Program-made: the position numbers and the translations under genes
Assembly (NCBI RefSeq): GCF_016026235.1
Contig: NZ_CP065613.1
DNA from: Escherichia coli
GTDB taxonomy: Bacteria; Pseudomonadota; Gammaproteobacteria; Enterobacterales; Enterobacteriaceae
DNA: 64,000 bases
Strand: one strand, 5' to 3'
Notes under the pieces: generated by a model
What the model was told of the DNA's origin: nothing
Databases searched by the model: none
What the model saw: only the letters and a program-made list of their open reading frames with translations
Shown here: positions 1-17,251 of the stretch, piece after piece
Layout: every line of letters starts with the position of its first letter
Position numbering within the stretch: the first letter of the stretch is position 1

Positions 1-523
1 CTGCAGCCAGATCGGAATAGACCAAATCCTGGTTGGCATAGGCCACCACATCCACACCTTTGCTACGCCAGGTCTCGTTAGCGTAAGCTTCCTGGGTTGA
101 TCCCTGCAGCACACCAACATGTTTACCTTTCAGTGAATCCAGCGTTGGCTGAATCGGTGAACCTTTGGCGGCAATCAGACGAGAATCTGCGGCGTACAGC
201 TTATCGGAGAAAGCAATCTCCTGCTGACGTTTATCGGTAATGGAAAGCGACGAAATAATGGCGTCGATTTTTTTCGCTTTCAGTGAGGGGATCAGCGCGT
301 CAAAGTCACTGGCAACCCAGGTACATTTCACCTGCATCCGTTTGCACATCTCGTTACCGAGATCGATATCAAAGCCAACAAAATCACCTTTAGCATCTTT
401 CGACGAGAACGGCGCATAGGTGGTATCGGTTCCGATACGTACCGTCTCCGGTAGCGCCGCATAGCTGGAAGCCGCTGCGGAGAGACCGACTAACAAAGAC
501 AGAGCGAGAATCGACTTCTTCAT
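1..523 (-). CDS. argT: Lysine/arginine/ornithine-binding periplasmic protein, N-terminal part; C-terminus lies beyond window start
   Basis: Reverse-strand translation from ATG at 523..521 gives [39 protein letters not shown]..., matching ArgT from memory; no stop before position 1. Confidence 0.85.
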   Translation of the reverse strand, partial: MKKSILALSLLVGLSAAASSYAALPETVRIGTDTTYAPFSSKDAKGDFVGFDIDLGNEMCKRMQVKCTWVASDFDALIPSLKAKKIDAIISSLSITDKRQQEIAFSDKLYAADSRLIAAKGSPIQPTLDSLKGKHVGVLQGSTQEAYANETWRSKGVDVVAYANQDLVYSDLAA

Positions 524-788
524 ACATAACCCTCAAGTGAAAATGGCTTTTTTATGTTGTGTATTGTGTTGTGTGTTTGCAGGCTTGTTCATGCAGGTCT
601 TATGCCATCTTGACGACAACAGTAACATTCAACGTTAAATATGTTAATAAGACGTTGCATTATTGTCCTAAAGTTGAAGATAGCAGGTATAGCGGTTGAA
701 TCGCAGCGTTTCGATTGAATGGCAGAAACAAAATGTCGAGGATTTGATCGCGGTTGCAAAATTGCCCTGAAACAGGGCAACAGCGGAG

Positions 789-1358
789 TTATGCGCCCTG
801 CCAGCGGGCAAAGAGATCTTCAGGAAGGGTTATCGCAAACTGGTCAAGAACACGATTAACCGTCTGATTTATCACATCATCAAGGGATTGCGGGCGATGA
901 TAAAACGCCGGAACGGGAGGCATAATCACCGCACCGATTTCTGCTGCCTGAGTCATTAAACGCAGATGACCTAAGTGCAATGGTGTTTCACGCACGCAGA
1001 GCACCAACGGGCGACGCTCTTTCAGCACCACATCTGCCGCACGGGTCAGTAAGCCATCAGTATAGCTATGGACAATGCCGGAAAGGGTTTTGATTGAACA
1101 GGGTAAAATCACCATCCCCAGCGTCTGGAAAGAACCGGAAGAGATGCTGGCGGCAATATCGCGCGCATCGTGCGTGACATCGGCTAACGCCTGCACTTCG
1201 CGCAGGGAAAAATCCGTTTCGAGGGATAAGGTCTGGCGCGCCGCCTGGCTCATTACCAGATGCGTTTCGATATCTGTGACATCGCGCAGAACCTGTAATA
1301 AGCGCACACCATAAATCGCGCCGCTGGCACCGCTGATGCCCACAATAAGTCGTTTCAT
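789..1358 (-). CDS. ubiX: Flavin prenyltransferase UbiX
   Basis: 189-aa ORF MKRLIVGISGASGAIYGVRLL... recognised as UbiX; conserved position downstream of purF. Confidence 0.9.
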   Translation of the reverse strand: MKRLIVGISGASGAIYGVRLLQVLRDVTDIETHLVMSQAARQTLSLETDFSLREVQALADVTHDARDIAASISSGSFQTLGMVILPCSIKTLSGIVHSYTDGLLTRAADVVLKERRPLVLCVRETPLHLGHLRLMTQAAEIGAVIMPPVPAFYHRPQSLDDVINQTVNRVLDQFAITLPEDLFARWQGA

Positions 1359-1452
1359 AAATAGTTGCCCTGTCAGACTTGCAGGCAGACTTTGCAGGAT
1401 TTCGGCGGGAGTTGCAAGTCAGGGTGCCAGACCGGCACCCTGAGCGAAGGCA

Positions 1453-2970
1453 TCATCCTTCGTTATGCATTTCGAGATTTTCCACTTCGTTCTGACGTTG
1501 CACTGCTTTGGCGTCGTCATTACGTAAAGTATCGAGGAAATCGAGGTAGCCCTGATCAACATCTTTGGTGACGTAGACGCCGTTGAACACCGAGCATTCA
1601 AACTGCTGGATATCCGGGTTTTCAGCGCGAACGGCGTCGATCAGATCGTTCAGATCCTGGAAAATCAACCCGTCAGCACCGATGATCTGGCGAATTTCAT
1701 CTACTTCGCGACCGTGAGCGATCAGTTCCGTAGCGCTCGGCATATCGATACCGTAAACGTTCGGGAAGCGAATTTCCGGTGCCGCAGAAGCGAGGTACAC
1801 TTTCTTCGCTCCGGCTTCGCGTGCCATCTCGATAATCTGCTCAGAAGTGGTGCCACGGACGATGGAGTCGTCGACCAGCAGGACGTTTTTATCGCGGAAC
1901 TCGGCGCGGTTGGCGTTCAGTTTACGGCGCACGGACTTACGACGCAGCTGCTGGCCCGGCATGATGAAGGTGCGGCCAACATAGCGGTTTTTAACGAAGC
2001 CCTGGCGGTATGGTTTGCCCAGAATACGAGCAATTTCCAGCGCGATATCACACGAGGTTTCCGGAATAGGGATCACCACGTCGATATCCAGATCTTCCCA
2101 TTCGCGGGCAATTTTCTCACCCAGTTTCGTGCCCATATTCACACGTGCGCTGTAAACGGAAATTTTGTCGATGAACGAGTCCGGGCGGGCAAAGTATACA
2201 TACTCAAACAGGCACGGATTGCTGACCGGATTGTCAGCACATTGACGGGTAAACAACTGCCCTTCTTCAGTGATGTAAATCGCTTCGCCCGGCGCGACGT
2301 CACGCAGGAAATCAAAGCCCAGCGTATCGAGCGCTACGCTTTCGGAAGCGACCATATATTCTGTGCGGTTCTCGTCAATATCACGTTTTCCCAGAACCAG
2401 CGGACGAATACCGTTTGGATCGCGGAAAGCAACCATACCGTGGCCGATAATCATCGCCACACAGGCATACGCGCCGCGGATTAAGCGGTTTGTAGCAGCG
2501 ATGGCGGCGAAAATGTTGTCGGCTTCCAGCGGGTAGTGGCGGAAGTTGTCCAGCTCGCTGGCGAAGATATTAAGCAGAATTTCCGAGTCGGAAGTGGTGT
2601 TGATGTGGCGGCGTTTTTCTTCAAACAGTTTTTTGCGCAACTCGTGAGCGTTGGTCAGATTGCCGTTGTGGGCAAGCGTAATGCCATACGGGGAGTTAAC
2701 GTAAAACGGCTGCGCTTCAGAGGCGCTGGAGCTGCCAGCCGTAGGGTAACGCACATGACCAATGCCCATATTGCCCTGCAAACGCTGCATATGGCGAGCT
2801 TCAAATACATCGCTCACCAGCCCGTTCGCTTTACGCAAACGGAAGCAGTTATTGGCATCTATGGTGATGATGCCGGCGGCATCCTGACCGCGATGCTGAA
2901 GCACCGTTAAGGCATCATAAATCGACTGGTTAACCGGCATAACACCGGCGATACCGACAATACCGCACAT
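1453..2970 (-). CDS. purF: Amidophosphoribosyltransferase
   Basis: 505-aa ORF starting MCGIVGIAG (N-terminal Cys amidotransferase motif); PRTase domain. Confidence 0.95.
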
Positions 2971-3006
2971 ACGTCTTTTTCCTCGTTAAGCCACATCTCA
3001 GAGCAC

Positions 3007-3495
3007 TTACGCTCTGGGCAAGAAACTTGACGAGCTTTGCAGATAATCAAAAAACCATCTGATGATAAAACTGAACTGCGGGATCAGCTGTGATTTGCTC
3101 CAGTCTTCGCTTTTCGACACCCCGGTAAAGGAGTCGAGAAAGAAGAGAATGGCAGCAACAATCAACACACCGCGCAACGCACCGAAACAGACGCCCAGCA
3201 CCCGATCGGTGCCTGACAACCCCGTTTTCTCCACCAGCTGGCCTATCACGAAGTTCACGATAGCACCAACGATCAGGGTAGCGATAAATAGTACCGCGAT
3301 GGCAATCCCATTTCGAACCAGTTCGTCTTCAAAGCCCGTAAACCAGACTGACAGGTAAGTGTAGTAATGACTGGCAACAAAGAAAGCACACCCCCATGTC
3401 ACCAGCGATAACGCTTCACGAACAAAGCCGCGGATCAGGCTAACCAGAGAGGAAAAAGCAATCACCGCGATTATGGCGTAATCAATCCAGACCAT
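3007..3495 (-). CDS. cvpA: Colicin V production membrane protein
   Basis: 162-aa hydrophobic ORF MVWIDYAIIAVIAFSSLVSLIRGF...; position upstream of purF in the same operon. Confidence 0.9.
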   Translation of the reverse strand: MVWIDYAIIAVIAFSSLVSLIRGFVREALSLVTWGCAFFVASHYYTYLSVWFTGFEDELVRNGIAIAVLFIATLIVGAIVNFVIGQLVEKTGLSGTDRVLGVCFGALRGVLIVAAILFFLDSFTGVSKSEDWSKSQLIPQFSFIIRWFFDYLQSSSSFLPRA

Positions 3496-3552
3496 ATGTG
3501 TCCCACGATTTTACGCCCTGTCATCCTGTTCGGGGCGCATTCTAACAGAAAA

Positions 3553-3568
3553 AGAAAACGTTTGCGTA
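3553..3568. promoter_or_regulatory. Putative PurR operator upstream of cvpA-purF-ubiX
   Basis: AGAAAACGTTTGCGTA matches the PurR box palindrome (core AAACGTTT), about 58 bp upstream of the cvpA start. Confidence 0.55.
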
Positions 3569-3660
3569 GGGATTTCCTTCCCGCGCATCAATAAAAATGG
3601 CGCTGAAAAAATATTCAACGCCATCGACTTTTTATGCCTTTGCGGCATCGTGCAATGCGT

Positions 3661-4020
<360 letters not shown>

Positions 4021-4026
4021 ACCGTA

Positions 4027-4689
4027 TTAATTCGGCGTGTAGCCCATCACCACGCCGCTCAAACCAGAGATCTGCTTCAGTTCGCCAAGCGAACCTTTCA
4101 GCTTATCTTTCGAGGCATCTGGCCCAACCAGAATACGGGTAATTTTACCCTGCACTGGCGTGGATGGCGACGTATAAACCCGATAACCGGCACCGCGCAG
4201 CTTACCGACAATCTCATTCACTTTATCGGCATTTTTCAGCGCGCCCAGTTGCACAACATAGGCTTTACCCGTTGGCGCTGCTTTTTCTTCCACGACCGGC
4301 TTCGGTTCTGGCTTCGGCGCAGGTGGTGCTTCAACCTTCGGCTTAGGCGGCTCCACCGGTTTCGGCTTCGGTGGGGCGACCGGTGCAGGTTCCGGTTCAA
4401 ACTCGGTGTTATTGGCTGCAATAGTGGCCGGATCGAGCGACGGTGCTGCGGCATCACCTGCCCGCACCTCTTCCGCTGCGCCTTCCGGCGGCTGCGTCGG
4501 CAACGCCTGGGTGGCGGCTGGCATCATATCAGGCTCATCACGATCGCCCGCTTTCGGCACCAGCGGGATAGCCGCGAACTCATCCTGATAATGTTTTTTC
4601 TGCCCGTCCAGCAGCCCAGGAAGTACAATCACCCCCAGCGCCACCAGCACGATCGTGCCCACTAACCGATTCTGAAACTTACTTGCCAC
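4027..4689 (-). CDS. dedD: Cell division protein DedD (SPOR domain)
   Basis: ORF with GTG start at 4689 giving (M)ASKFQNRLVGTIVLVALG...; Pro/Lys/Glu-rich linker and C-terminal SPOR-like region; overlaps the folC stop. Confidence 0.85.
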   Translation of the reverse strand: MASKFQNRLVGTIVLVALGVIVLPGLLDGQKKHYQDEFAAIPLVPKAGDRDEPDMMPAATQALPTQPPEGAAEEVRAGDAAAPSLDPATIAANNTEFEPEPAPVAPPKPKPVEPPKPKVEAPPAPKPEPKPVVEEKAAPTGKAYVVQLGALKNADKVNEIVGKLRGAGYRVYTSPSTPVQGKITRILVGPDASKDKLKGSLGELKQISGLSGVVMGYTPN

Positions 4690-5947
4690 CGCTTCTCCTC
4701 GCGTCAATCACTTCCATGACATGTGCGACCGTGTGGAAAGAACCACACACCAGCACGGTGTCTTCCGCTTTAGCGTCCGCCATTGCGGCATCCCATGCCT
4801 GCGCAACGCTATCAAATGATTTGCCGTTACCCAAATGCTCAAGCAGTTGTTCTGCCGTGGCACCGCGCGGCCCTTCCAGTGGCGCACAATACCAGTCATC
4901 AACCACGCTTTTCAACCAGGCCAGAGTTCCGGCAATATCTTTATCATGTAGCATACCGATAACCGCCAGCACGCGCCCGTTTTTCGGTAGCGCTTTCATA
5001 CGCCCGGTGAGATATTCCGCCGCATGTGGATTATGCGCGACATCAAAAATAACGCGTGGCGACTCGCTCACAATCTGGAAACGTCCCGGCAAAATTGCGC
5101 TGGCAATCCCGTCGCGAATGGCATTTTCACTAACCTCCAGCCCGCTGGCACGCAGTGCCGCCAGCGCCGTTGCGGCATTCGGTTGCGGGACAAGCGGCAA
5201 CGGCAGGTTTTCCAGCGTGCCGTGAGCATCGCTAAACGCCCAGTCATGATCGGTGACGGAATAGTTCCACTCAACGCCCCGACGTTGTAACAGTGCACCT
5301 TTTTCCTGCGCCACATCAGCAATGGTAGAAGGCATTTCCGGCTCACCGACAATTGCCGGTTTTTCGCTGCGAAAGATGCCTGCTTTCTCGCGACCAATAC
5401 TTTCGCGATCTGGCCCCAGCCAGTCGGTATGATCCAGCGCAATACTGGTTACTACCGCGACATCGGCGTCGACAATATTGGTTGCGTCCAGACGACCGCC
5501 CAGCCCTACTTCCAGAATCACCACGTCAAGTTGTGCCTGTTTGAACAGCCACAACGCCGACAGCGTACCGTACTCGAAATAGGTCAGGGAAATATCACCG
5601 CGTGCCGATTCAATCTCCGCAAAAGAGGCGGTGTGGGCCGATTCCGGCAATTCCTGACCCTGCATACGTACGCGCTCGGTATAACGCACCAGATGAGGCG
5701 AACTGTAGACGCCCACTTTGTACCCTGCCGCCATCAGAATCGACTCCAGCGTACGGCAGGTGGTGCCTTTGCCATTCGTACCCGCAACGGTAAACACAAA
5801 TGGCGCTGGTTTCAGGACGCCAAGACGCGCCGCGACCTGGCTCACGCGCTCAAGGCCGAGATCGATAGTTTTACTGTGCAGGTTTTCCAGATAAGAAAGC
5901 CACGAAGCCAGAGGCGACGCGGCTTGAGGAGTGCGTTTGATAATCAT
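4679..5947 (-). CDS. folC: Dihydrofolate synthase / folylpolyglutamate synthase
   Basis: 422-aa ORF MIIKRTPQAASPLASWLSYLENLH...TVAGTNGKGTT recognised as FolC. Confidence 0.9.
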   Translation of the reverse strand: MIIKRTPQAASPLASWLSYLENLHSKTIDLGLERVSQVAARLGVLKPAPFVFTVAGTNGKGTTCRTLESILMAAGYKVGVYSSPHLVRYTERVRMQGQELPESAHTASFAEIESARGDISLTYFEYGTLSALWLFKQAQLDVVILEVGLGGRLDATNIVDADVAVVTSIALDHTDWLGPDRESIGREKAGIFRSEKPAIVGEPEMPSTIADVAQEKGALLQRRGVEWNYSVTDHDWAFSDAHGTLENLPLPLVPQPNAATALAALRASGLEVSENAIRDGIASAILPGRFQIVSESPRVIFDVAHNPHAAEYLTGRMKALPKNGRVLAVIGMLHDKDIAGTLAWLKSVVDDWYCAPLEGPRGATAEQLLEHLGNGKSFDSVAQAWDAAMADAKAEDTVLVCGSFHTVAHVMEVIDARRSGGK

Positions 5948-6016
5948 GGTATCCGCTGATTCGTTACGGTGAGAATAGCAAAAGGGCAGAGCCAGTGGCC
6001 CTGCCCTTATCAGTTA

Positions 6017-6931
6017 TCAGGCCTCAGGTTCCTGATCCGGTACCGGGGGTACCACTACGCCTTCACGCGGCGCTTCAGGATTCGGCGCTGGCAGATTCAT
6101 CAACTTCGCCAGAATGCTCGCCAGTTTCAGGCGCATTTCCGGACGACGGACGATCATGTCGATCGCGCCTTTCTCGATCAGGAATTCACTGCGCTGGAAT
6201 CCTGGCGGCAGTTTTTCGCGAACGGTCTGTTCGATAACACGCGGACCGGCAAAGCCGATTAACGCTTTAGGTTCAGCGATGTTGAGATCGCCCAGCATGG
6301 CGAAACTTGCAGAAACACCGCCCATCGTCGGGTCGGTCAGCACGGAGATGTACGGCAAGCCGCGCTCCTGCATTTTTGCCAGTGCCGCAGAGGTTTTCGC
6401 CATCTGCATCAGCGACATCAGTGCTTCCTGCATACGTGCGCCACCAGAGGCGGAGAAGCAGATCAGCGGGCAGTTATCTTCCAGCGCCTGCTCAACGGCA
6501 CGCACGAAACGTGCACCCACAACAGACCCCATTGAACCGCCCATAAAGGCGAACTCGAATGCCGCAGCGACAACCGGCATTCCATACAGAGTGCCTTTCA
6601 TCACCACCAGCGCATCTTTTTCGCCGGTTTCTTTCTGCGCAGATGCCAGACGGTCTTTATACTTCTTGGAGTCACGAAACTTCAGCACATCTTTCGGCTC
6701 AAGCTCGCTACCCAGCTCCACAAGGCTTCCTTCATCTAACAGGCTATGCAGGCGATTACGCGCTGTCATACGCATGTGATGGTCACACTTCGGACAGACC
6801 TCAAGATTACGTTCCAGCTCAGCGCGGTATAAAACCTGACCGCAGCTATCACACTTAGTCCACACCCCTTCAGGAATGCTCGCCTTGCGGGTGGGAGTAA
6901 TGTTGCTTTTAATTCGTTCAATCCAGCTCAT
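6017..6931 (-). CDS. accD: Acetyl-CoA carboxylase carboxyltransferase beta subunit
   Basis: Start set at the internal ATG (6931) giving [35 protein letters not shown]... with the Zn-ribbon CxxC..CxxC; 304 aa. Confidence 0.9.
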
Positions 6932-7086
6932 TAGGGACCTTTCTGTCTGAACCTGGTTCGATGCCAGTTTTATCTTTGGGGACGCATAATGCCATTTTTG
7001 CCCCCAACAGACCATGAATGTTGCACATTAAAACATAACAGCCCGAAACTTTGGATAAAAAAGTGGTCGAACCGCGGAGTTACTTT

Positions 7087-7746
7087 TTATTTTGCGGCGC
7101 GTGCCGCAGCGCGTTTGTGACGGATTATTTCGATGACGCCCGGCAAAATAGAAACCACAATAATCCCGACGATCAGCAGCTTAAGGTTATCCTGAACCAT
7201 CGGGATTGTACCGAAGAAATAGCCTGCGTAGGTAAAAAGCAGTACCCACAACAGTGCGCCGATCACGTTATAAGCAGCGAAATGACGGTACGACATGTGG
7301 CCCATTCCCGCAACAAACGGGGCGAACGTTCTGACGATCGGCACAAAACGGGCGAGAATAATCGTTTTGCCGCCATGTTTCTCATAAAACTGATGGGTTT
7401 TGTCGAGATAACTGCGACGGAAAATTTTCGAATTGGGATTACTGAATAACTTTTCACCGAACAACCGCCCGATAGTGTAATTGACCGCGTCACCCACAAT
7501 CGCGGCGATCAGCATCAGCACCACCATCATATGGACGTTGAGATCGTTGGTTTCCAGTGATGCCAACGCTCCGGCAACAAACAGCAATGAATCACCCGGT
7601 AAAAACGGCGTTACCACCAGACCGGTTTCACAGAACAAAATTAAGAACAAAATGGCATAAACCCAGACGCCGTACTCCGCGACCAGCTCTGCCAGATGCA
7701 CGTCAATGTGCAGGATAAAATCGATGAGGAAATAAATCAGGTCCAT
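7087..7746 (-). CDS. dedA: DedA family inner membrane protein
   Basis: 219-aa [33 protein letters not shown]... recognised as DedA. Confidence 0.9.
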   Translation of the reverse strand: MDLIYFLIDFILHIDVHLAELVAEYGVWVYAILFLILFCETGLVVTPFLPGDSLLFVAGALASLETNDLNVHMMVVLMLIAAIVGDAVNYTIGRLFGEKLFSNPNSKIFRRSYLDKTHQFYEKHGGKTIILARFVPIVRTFAPFVAGMGHMSYRHFAAYNVIGALLWVLLFTYAGYFFGTIPMVQDNLKLLIVGIIVVSILPGVIEIIRHKRAAARAAK

Positions 7747-7828
7747 ATTTGCCTATGCCTTGTACTCGTCATCTTTCAGGCTGTAACTACGTTGGCTACA
7801 GCCTGAAATGTTTCGAGCATTATTCTCG

Positions 7829-8641
7829 TTAGTCCGCCAGAAATAGCGGGCCCATTGGCGGTTTTGGAAGATCATACCGGTCAGGGTAATCCACCGCGAC
7901 CAGATACAGCCCTTCCGCTTTTGCCGTTGCTGCCGCCAGCGTTCTGTCCTTTGCCGCCAGCAACTCTGCTATCCAGCTCTCCGGCTGGTTGTGGGCACCG
8001 ACTTCCATCAGGCTGCCGACAATATTCCTGACCATATGATGTACAAAGGCATTCGCTTTGATATCTACCACCACATAAGGACCGTGACGCGTGACATTAA
8101 TATGCATAACGTTGCGCCACGGGGTTCGGGACTGGCACTGCACCGCACGGAACGAGGTGAAATCATTCTCGCCCAGCAAGCATTGCGCAGCCCGATGCAT
8201 CCGTTCAGCGTCCAGCGGTTCGTAAAAATGGGTTACCCCTTTACTCAGTACCGCCGGGCGCAGCCGATGATTGTAGATGATGTAGCGATAACGGCGAGCC
8301 GTGGCGCTAAATCGGGCATGAAAATCATCAGGTACAGCTTTAACCCAACGCACGGCGATGTCACCAGGTAAATTCGCATTTACGCCCAAGGTCCACGCCG
8401 CGTCTTTGCGCTGCGCGGTTGTTTCGAAATGCACCACCTGCCCGGTACCGTGTACCCCTGCGTCAGTACGCCCGGCGCAGAAGACGGTGATGGGTTCGTT
8501 CGCCACCTGGGAGAGCGCCTTTTCCAGCTTCTCCTGCACACTGCGGACTTCATTCTGCCGTTGCCAGCCGTAATACCTACTGCCGTCGTACTCAATGCCC
8601 AGCGCAATTTTATAAACTGGCGGTTGTTGCTGGTCGGACAT
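7829..8641 (-). CDS. truA: tRNA pseudouridine(38-40) synthase
   Basis: 270-aa [32 protein letters not shown]... with TruA catalytic motif GRTDAGVH. Confidence 0.9.
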
Positions 8642-9654
8642 TAGTACAGATACTCCTGCACCAGTTTCTCGGCGATTTTTACTGCCATCAGCGCGCCGCC
8701 AAAGCGAACGTTATCGGCCACCGACCAGAACTGGACTTGCTCCGGCATACCGTAGTCATTACGCACGCAGCCAACAGAAAGATGCGGCGTACCAGAAGCA
8801 TCACCTACCTGAGTTGGGAATTCGTTCTCTTCAGAGAGCACAATATCTTCGCCTTGAGCAAACGCATCACGCGCTTCTTCTGCCGCCAGCGGACGCAGAG
8901 CTTCAAAGTTGACCATCTGGGCGTGGCCGTAAAATACCGGTGCCTGGACGACGCTTGCCGAAATCATCAGTCCTTCGTCCTGCAGGATTTTGCGTACTTC
9001 GTCAACGATACGACGTTCTTCACGCACGCTACCTTCGCTATCCGGCAGTAACGGCAGCATGTTGAACGCCAGCTGACGCCCGAAGAAATCTTCTTCGTCA
9101 ATCGGAATGCCGTTGAGCAATTTCGCACTCTGCCCCGCTAACGCATCGACCGCTTTTTTGCCCTGGGCGGAGGCTGAAATCAGGCTGGTAACACTGATAC
9201 GCGACAAACCGCCCTGATCGATTAACGGTTTCAGTGCCGCCAGCAGCTGGCTGGTCAGACTGTCTGGTACGGCGATGACATTCCGGTTGCGGTAATCGGT
9301 CAGTACAAACGGGTTTACTTCCGGCACCACCAGCGGTACGTCGGGTTCGAGAGCAAACAGTCCGCTGCTGTCGATCACCAGGCAACCTGAGTTGGTCGCT
9401 TCTTCAACCCAGGCAGCGGTAGCTTCTTTGCCTGCGACAAAAAATGCCAGCTGCGCCTGCGTCCAGTCGAATTCAGCGGCATCCTGCACGGTGATTGTCT
9501 TACCACCAAAGCGCAGTTGTTCGCCTGCGCTTTCGTTACGTGCCAGTGCATAAATTTCCCCAACCGGGAACTGACGTTCAGCCAGCGTTTCAAGCAGGGC
9601 TTCGCCCACAGCGCCAGTTGCGCCCAGGACGGCAATGTTCCAGCCTTCAGACAT
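8641..9654 (-). CDS. usg: USG-1 protein, aspartate-semialdehyde dehydrogenase homolog
   Basis: 337-aa [27 protein letters not shown]... (Rossmann N-terminus); its stop shares position 8641 with the truA start. Confidence 0.85.
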
Positions 9655-9719
9655 GGTGGTTTACTCCAGAAATAGCAAAGCTCCCTGCCAATGTTACAGC
9701 AGAGAGCATGAAGAAGAGA

Positions 9720-10856
9720 TTAACGTGCCGGATGATGAACGGCGTTAAAACCCAGTTTACACAGCAATGATGCCGCACTGGCGTCATCACAAATTACATA
9801 CAGAGATGACCATTCACGGCGCTCAAGATAGTTTTTGCGCAGTTTATCGAACTCACCCGGTATCCCAGCGACTTTACGCAGCGGTGCGTCATCGCGGCGC
9901 ACATCATACACCAAATGCACCAGCCTTTTCAGCGTCGGTTGATCGAGCGGACCATGCAGCGTAATGCGGCCAAACTCAGGCGCGGGCAGCAACGTATCCA
10001 GCGCAACGTGTTGTTCATGCCCAATAAACTTGCTATAGGCTTCAAACACTTGCGTCGTGCCACGCGCTTTACCCTCCAGGGTATAGCCTGCGATATGCGG
10101 CGTGCCGATATCCACTTTTGTCAGCAATTCCACATTAAGTTCCGGTTCGCCTTCCCAGACATCCAGCACTACGCTTAACTTCTGGCCTTCATTCAGGCAG
10201 GTCAGCAGCGCGGTATTATCGACGACTGCGCCACGGCAGGCGTTAATCAGAATCGCTCCTGGCTTCAGGCTACGGATCAGTTTTTCATCCGCCAGATGCA
10301 GCGTTTTGTACGGCCCGTCTTTGAAAAGTGGCGTATGGAAAGTCAGAATATCCGCATGCTGAACTAATTCATCCAGCGAGCGGAAATCACCCTCATCCCC
10401 ACGGTCAGCGCGAGGCGGATCGCAAAGCAAGGTTTTAATCCCTAACGCTTCCAGTCGCGCCTGCAATCGACGTCCAACGTTACCAACGCCCACGATCCCC
10501 ACCGTACGGTCGTGCAGTGAAAATCCATCGCGTTCGGCAAGCATCAGTAGTGAGGAGAGAACATATTCCACCACCGCAATCGCATTACAGCCAGGTGCAG
10601 CGGAAAAACCAATTCCCGCCTGCTTTAACCATGCTTCATCGACATGGTCTGTCCCCGCAGTGGCAGTGCCAACAAATTTAATGGGTTTTCCTGCCAGCAA
10701 AGATTCATTCACTTTCGTGACCGAACGCACCATCAGCGCATCCGCGTCTGCCAGTTGAGCGACGGGGATTGGACGCCCGGGAACCGCGGTCACCTCACCC
10801 AAACGGCTAAATAAGTCGCGGGCATAAGGCATATTTTCATCAACAAGGATTTTCAC
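9720..10856 (-). CDS. pdxB: Erythronate-4-phosphate dehydrogenase
   Basis: 378-aa [25 protein letters not shown]...[12 protein letters not shown], a D-2-hydroxyacid dehydrogenase recognised as PdxB. Confidence 0.9.
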   Translation of the reverse strand: MKILVDENMPYARDLFSRLGEVTAVPGRPIPVAQLADADALMVRSVTKVNESLLAGKPIKFVGTATAGTDHVDEAWLKQAGIGFSAAPGCNAIAVVEYVLSSLLMLAERDGFSLHDRTVGIVGVGNVGRRLQARLEALGIKTLLCDPPRADRGDEGDFRSLDELVQHADILTFHTPLFKDGPYKTLHLADEKLIRSLKPGAILINACRGAVVDNTALLTCLNEGQKLSVVLDVWEGEPELNVELLTKVDIGTPHIAGYTLEGKARGTTQVFEAYSKFIGHEQHVALDTLLPAPEFGRITLHGPLDQPTLKRLVHLVYDVRRDDAPLRKVAGIPGEFDKLRKNYLERREWSSLYVICDDASAASLLCKLGFNAVHHPAR

Positions 10857-10954
10857 GTTTGTGTTACCTGTATGAGACGAGAGTTAACCGGACAAGTGTG
10901 CCATAATCTCGCGGCCAGGCATACTTGCGAAGATTTCAGGTATAAGGATACGTA

Positions 10955-13128
<2,174 letters not shown>

Positions 13129-13321
13129 TTACTCCAGAATGCAGCGCAAGGCGAGGAGTATCCCCGTCTCATCTCTCTGGTTTCAGGGTTACGGTGCGTT
13201 GGCAGGAATTAACGCGTACGTCTTTTCAGAAGGAAATCGACAAAGCGGGAAGTTTGCCTGGAACAGGCGGCGATTGTCAATGATGTGAAAAAGGGAACCA
13301 TCGGGTTCCCTTTGGCGTTAG

Positions 13322-13425
13322 TGCCGGAGGCCGCATTGGCGCGTAACGTCGGATGCGACGCTGGCGCGTAATGTCGGATGCGACGCTGGCGCGTCTTATC
13401 CGACCTACTCCGACTACTCCGACCT
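13322..13425. repeat. REP/BIME element
   Basis: GCCGGAGGCCGCATTGGCGCGTAACGTCGGATGCGACGCTGGCGCGTCTTATCCGACCTAC-type REP palindromes between yfcJ and fabB. Confidence 0.7.
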
Positions 13426-13433
13426 ACTGCGAA

Positions 13434-14654
13434 TTAATCTTTCAGCTTGCGCATTACCAGCGTGGCGTTGGTGCCGCCGAAGCCGAAGCTGTTAGACATA
13501 ACAGTGGTCAGTTCGCGATCGGTCGTTTCGGTCACGATGTTCAGACCCGCAGCCTGCTCGTCCAGCTCTTCAATGTTGATGCTCGGGGCGATAAAGCCGT
13601 GTTCCAGCATCAGCAGAGAGTAGATAGCTTCCTGTACGCCAGCAGCGCCCAGAGAGTGACCGGTCATGGCTTTGGTTGCAGAAATCGCCGGGCTCTTATC
13701 GCCGAACACTTCACGGATAGCTGCCAGCTCCTTCACGTCGCCAACCGGAGTCGAAGTACCGTGGGAGTTCAGGTAATCGATTGGGGTATCAACGCCATGC
13801 ATCGCCATCTGCATACAACGTACTGCGCCTTCGCCAGACGGAGCAACCATGTCTGCGCCATCAGACGTTGCGCCGTAGCCAACGATTTCAGCATAGATGT
13901 GAGCACCACGCGCCAGCGCGTGTTCCAGCTCTTCAACCACTACCATACCGCCGCCGCCAGCGATAACGAAACCGTCACGGTGAGCATCGTAAGTACGGGA
14001 GGCTTTTTCCGGGGTGTCGTTGTATTTAGTAGACAGCGCACCCATTGCATCGAATTCGCAAGCCATTTCCCAGCACAGCTCTTCGCCGCCGCCAGCAAAC
14101 ACGATGTCCTGTTTGCCCAGTTGGATCTGCTCTACTGCGTTACCGATACAGTGTGCGGAAGTCGCACACGCGGAGCTGATGGAGTAGTTAACGCCATGAA
14201 TTTTAAACGGGGTGGCGAGGCAGGCAGAAACGCCGGATGCCATCGCTTTGGTGACCACATACGGGCCAACCGCTTTCAGGCCGCGCGGGCCGCGCATTGC
14301 GTCAGCGCCGAACACCTGGAAACGCGGGGAACCGCCGCCAGAACCTGCAATCAGGCCAACGCGCGGATTATTCTGGTAAGCTTCCGGAGAGAGGCCCGCA
14401 TCAGCGATTGCCTGCTCCATAGAAAGGAATGCATAAATGGATGCGTCGCTCATAAAGCGCACAACTTTGCGGTCAATGAGGCCAGTGGTATCCAGTTTTA
14501 CGTTGCCCCAGACGTGGCTACGCATGCCGGAATCCTTCAGCTCCTGAGAGAAAGTGATCCCTGAACGTCCTTCACGCAGAGATGCCAGGACTTCCTGCTG
14601 GTTATTACCGATGCTGGAAACAATGCCCAGGCCAGTAATCACTGCACGTTTCAT
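13434..14654 (-). CDS. fabB: 3-oxoacyl-ACP synthase I
   Basis: 406-aa [35 protein letters not shown]... recognised as FabB. Confidence 0.95.
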   Translation of the reverse strand: MKRAVITGLGIVSSIGNNQQEVLASLREGRSGITFSQELKDSGMRSHVWGNVKLDTTGLIDRKVVRFMSDASIYAFLSMEQAIADAGLSPEAYQNNPRVGLIAGSGGGSPRFQVFGADAMRGPRGLKAVGPYVVTKAMASGVSACLATPFKIHGVNYSISSACATSAHCIGNAVEQIQLGKQDIVFAGGGEELCWEMACEFDAMGALSTKYNDTPEKASRTYDAHRDGFVIAGGGGMVVVEELEHALARGAHIYAEIVGYGATSDGADMVAPSGEGAVRCMQMAMHGVDTPIDYLNSHGTSTPVGDVKELAAIREVFGDKSPAISATKAMTGHSLGAAGVQEAIYSLLMLEHGFIAPSINIEELDEQAAGLNIVTETTDRELTTVMSNSFGFGGTNATLVMRKLKD

Positions 14655-14701
14655 TCAATACCTCTGTAAGTCGCACATAGAGTAAGTTTCGAATGCACAA
14701 T

Positions 14702-14736
14702 AGCGTACACTTGTACGCCGAACAAGTCCGATCAGC
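14702..14736. promoter_or_regulatory. Putative fabB operator region: FabR palindrome with adjacent FadR-like half-site
   Basis: AGCGTACACTTGTACGC palindrome followed by GAACAAGTCCGATCAGC, 50-80 bp upstream of the fabB start; consensus match only. Confidence 0.45.
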
Positions 14737-14746
14737 CAATTAATAG

Positions 14747-16819
<2,073 letters not shown>

Positions 16820-16837
16820 TCTGCTCTCGCAGTGTTT

Positions 16838-16933
<96 letters not shown>

Positions 16934-16939
16934 CGCAAC

Positions 16940-17218
16940 TTACTGCTGTGACGCCTGCTGAAACAGGTTTTCCCACATATCGGTCACCAGCGCCTGGTCA
17001 CGCGGCGACAATTCACCGGCACCAATGGCTTTTTCCAGACTCTGGCTAACGGTCGTATGCACCGCCTGAGCGGAGTGGTCATCACCACTTTCCAGTTCTG
17101 CGATGGCTAATGTCAGGTGGCCACGCAAATACCCACTGGCAAACAACTCATCATCACTGGCATGGTCAACCATACCGTCGATTAATGCCAGAATGCGTGA
17201 TTCAAACTCCGCGATCAT
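16940..17218 (-). CDS. yfcL: Uncharacterised protein YfcL
   Basis: 92-aa [38 protein letters not shown]...; conserved position upstream of epmC. Confidence 0.8.
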
Positions 17219-17251
17219 CTTCTTTCCTCATTGTAAAACGTGGCACCGGCT

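Noticed and set aside
1714-2910. 256-aa and 124-aa plus-strand ORFs
   Set aside because: Antisense to purF; no independent support
13353-14564. 403-aa ORF on the plus strand
   Set aside because: Lies entirely antisense to fabB, whose product is unmistakable; shadow ORF in a GC-rich, codon-biased gene
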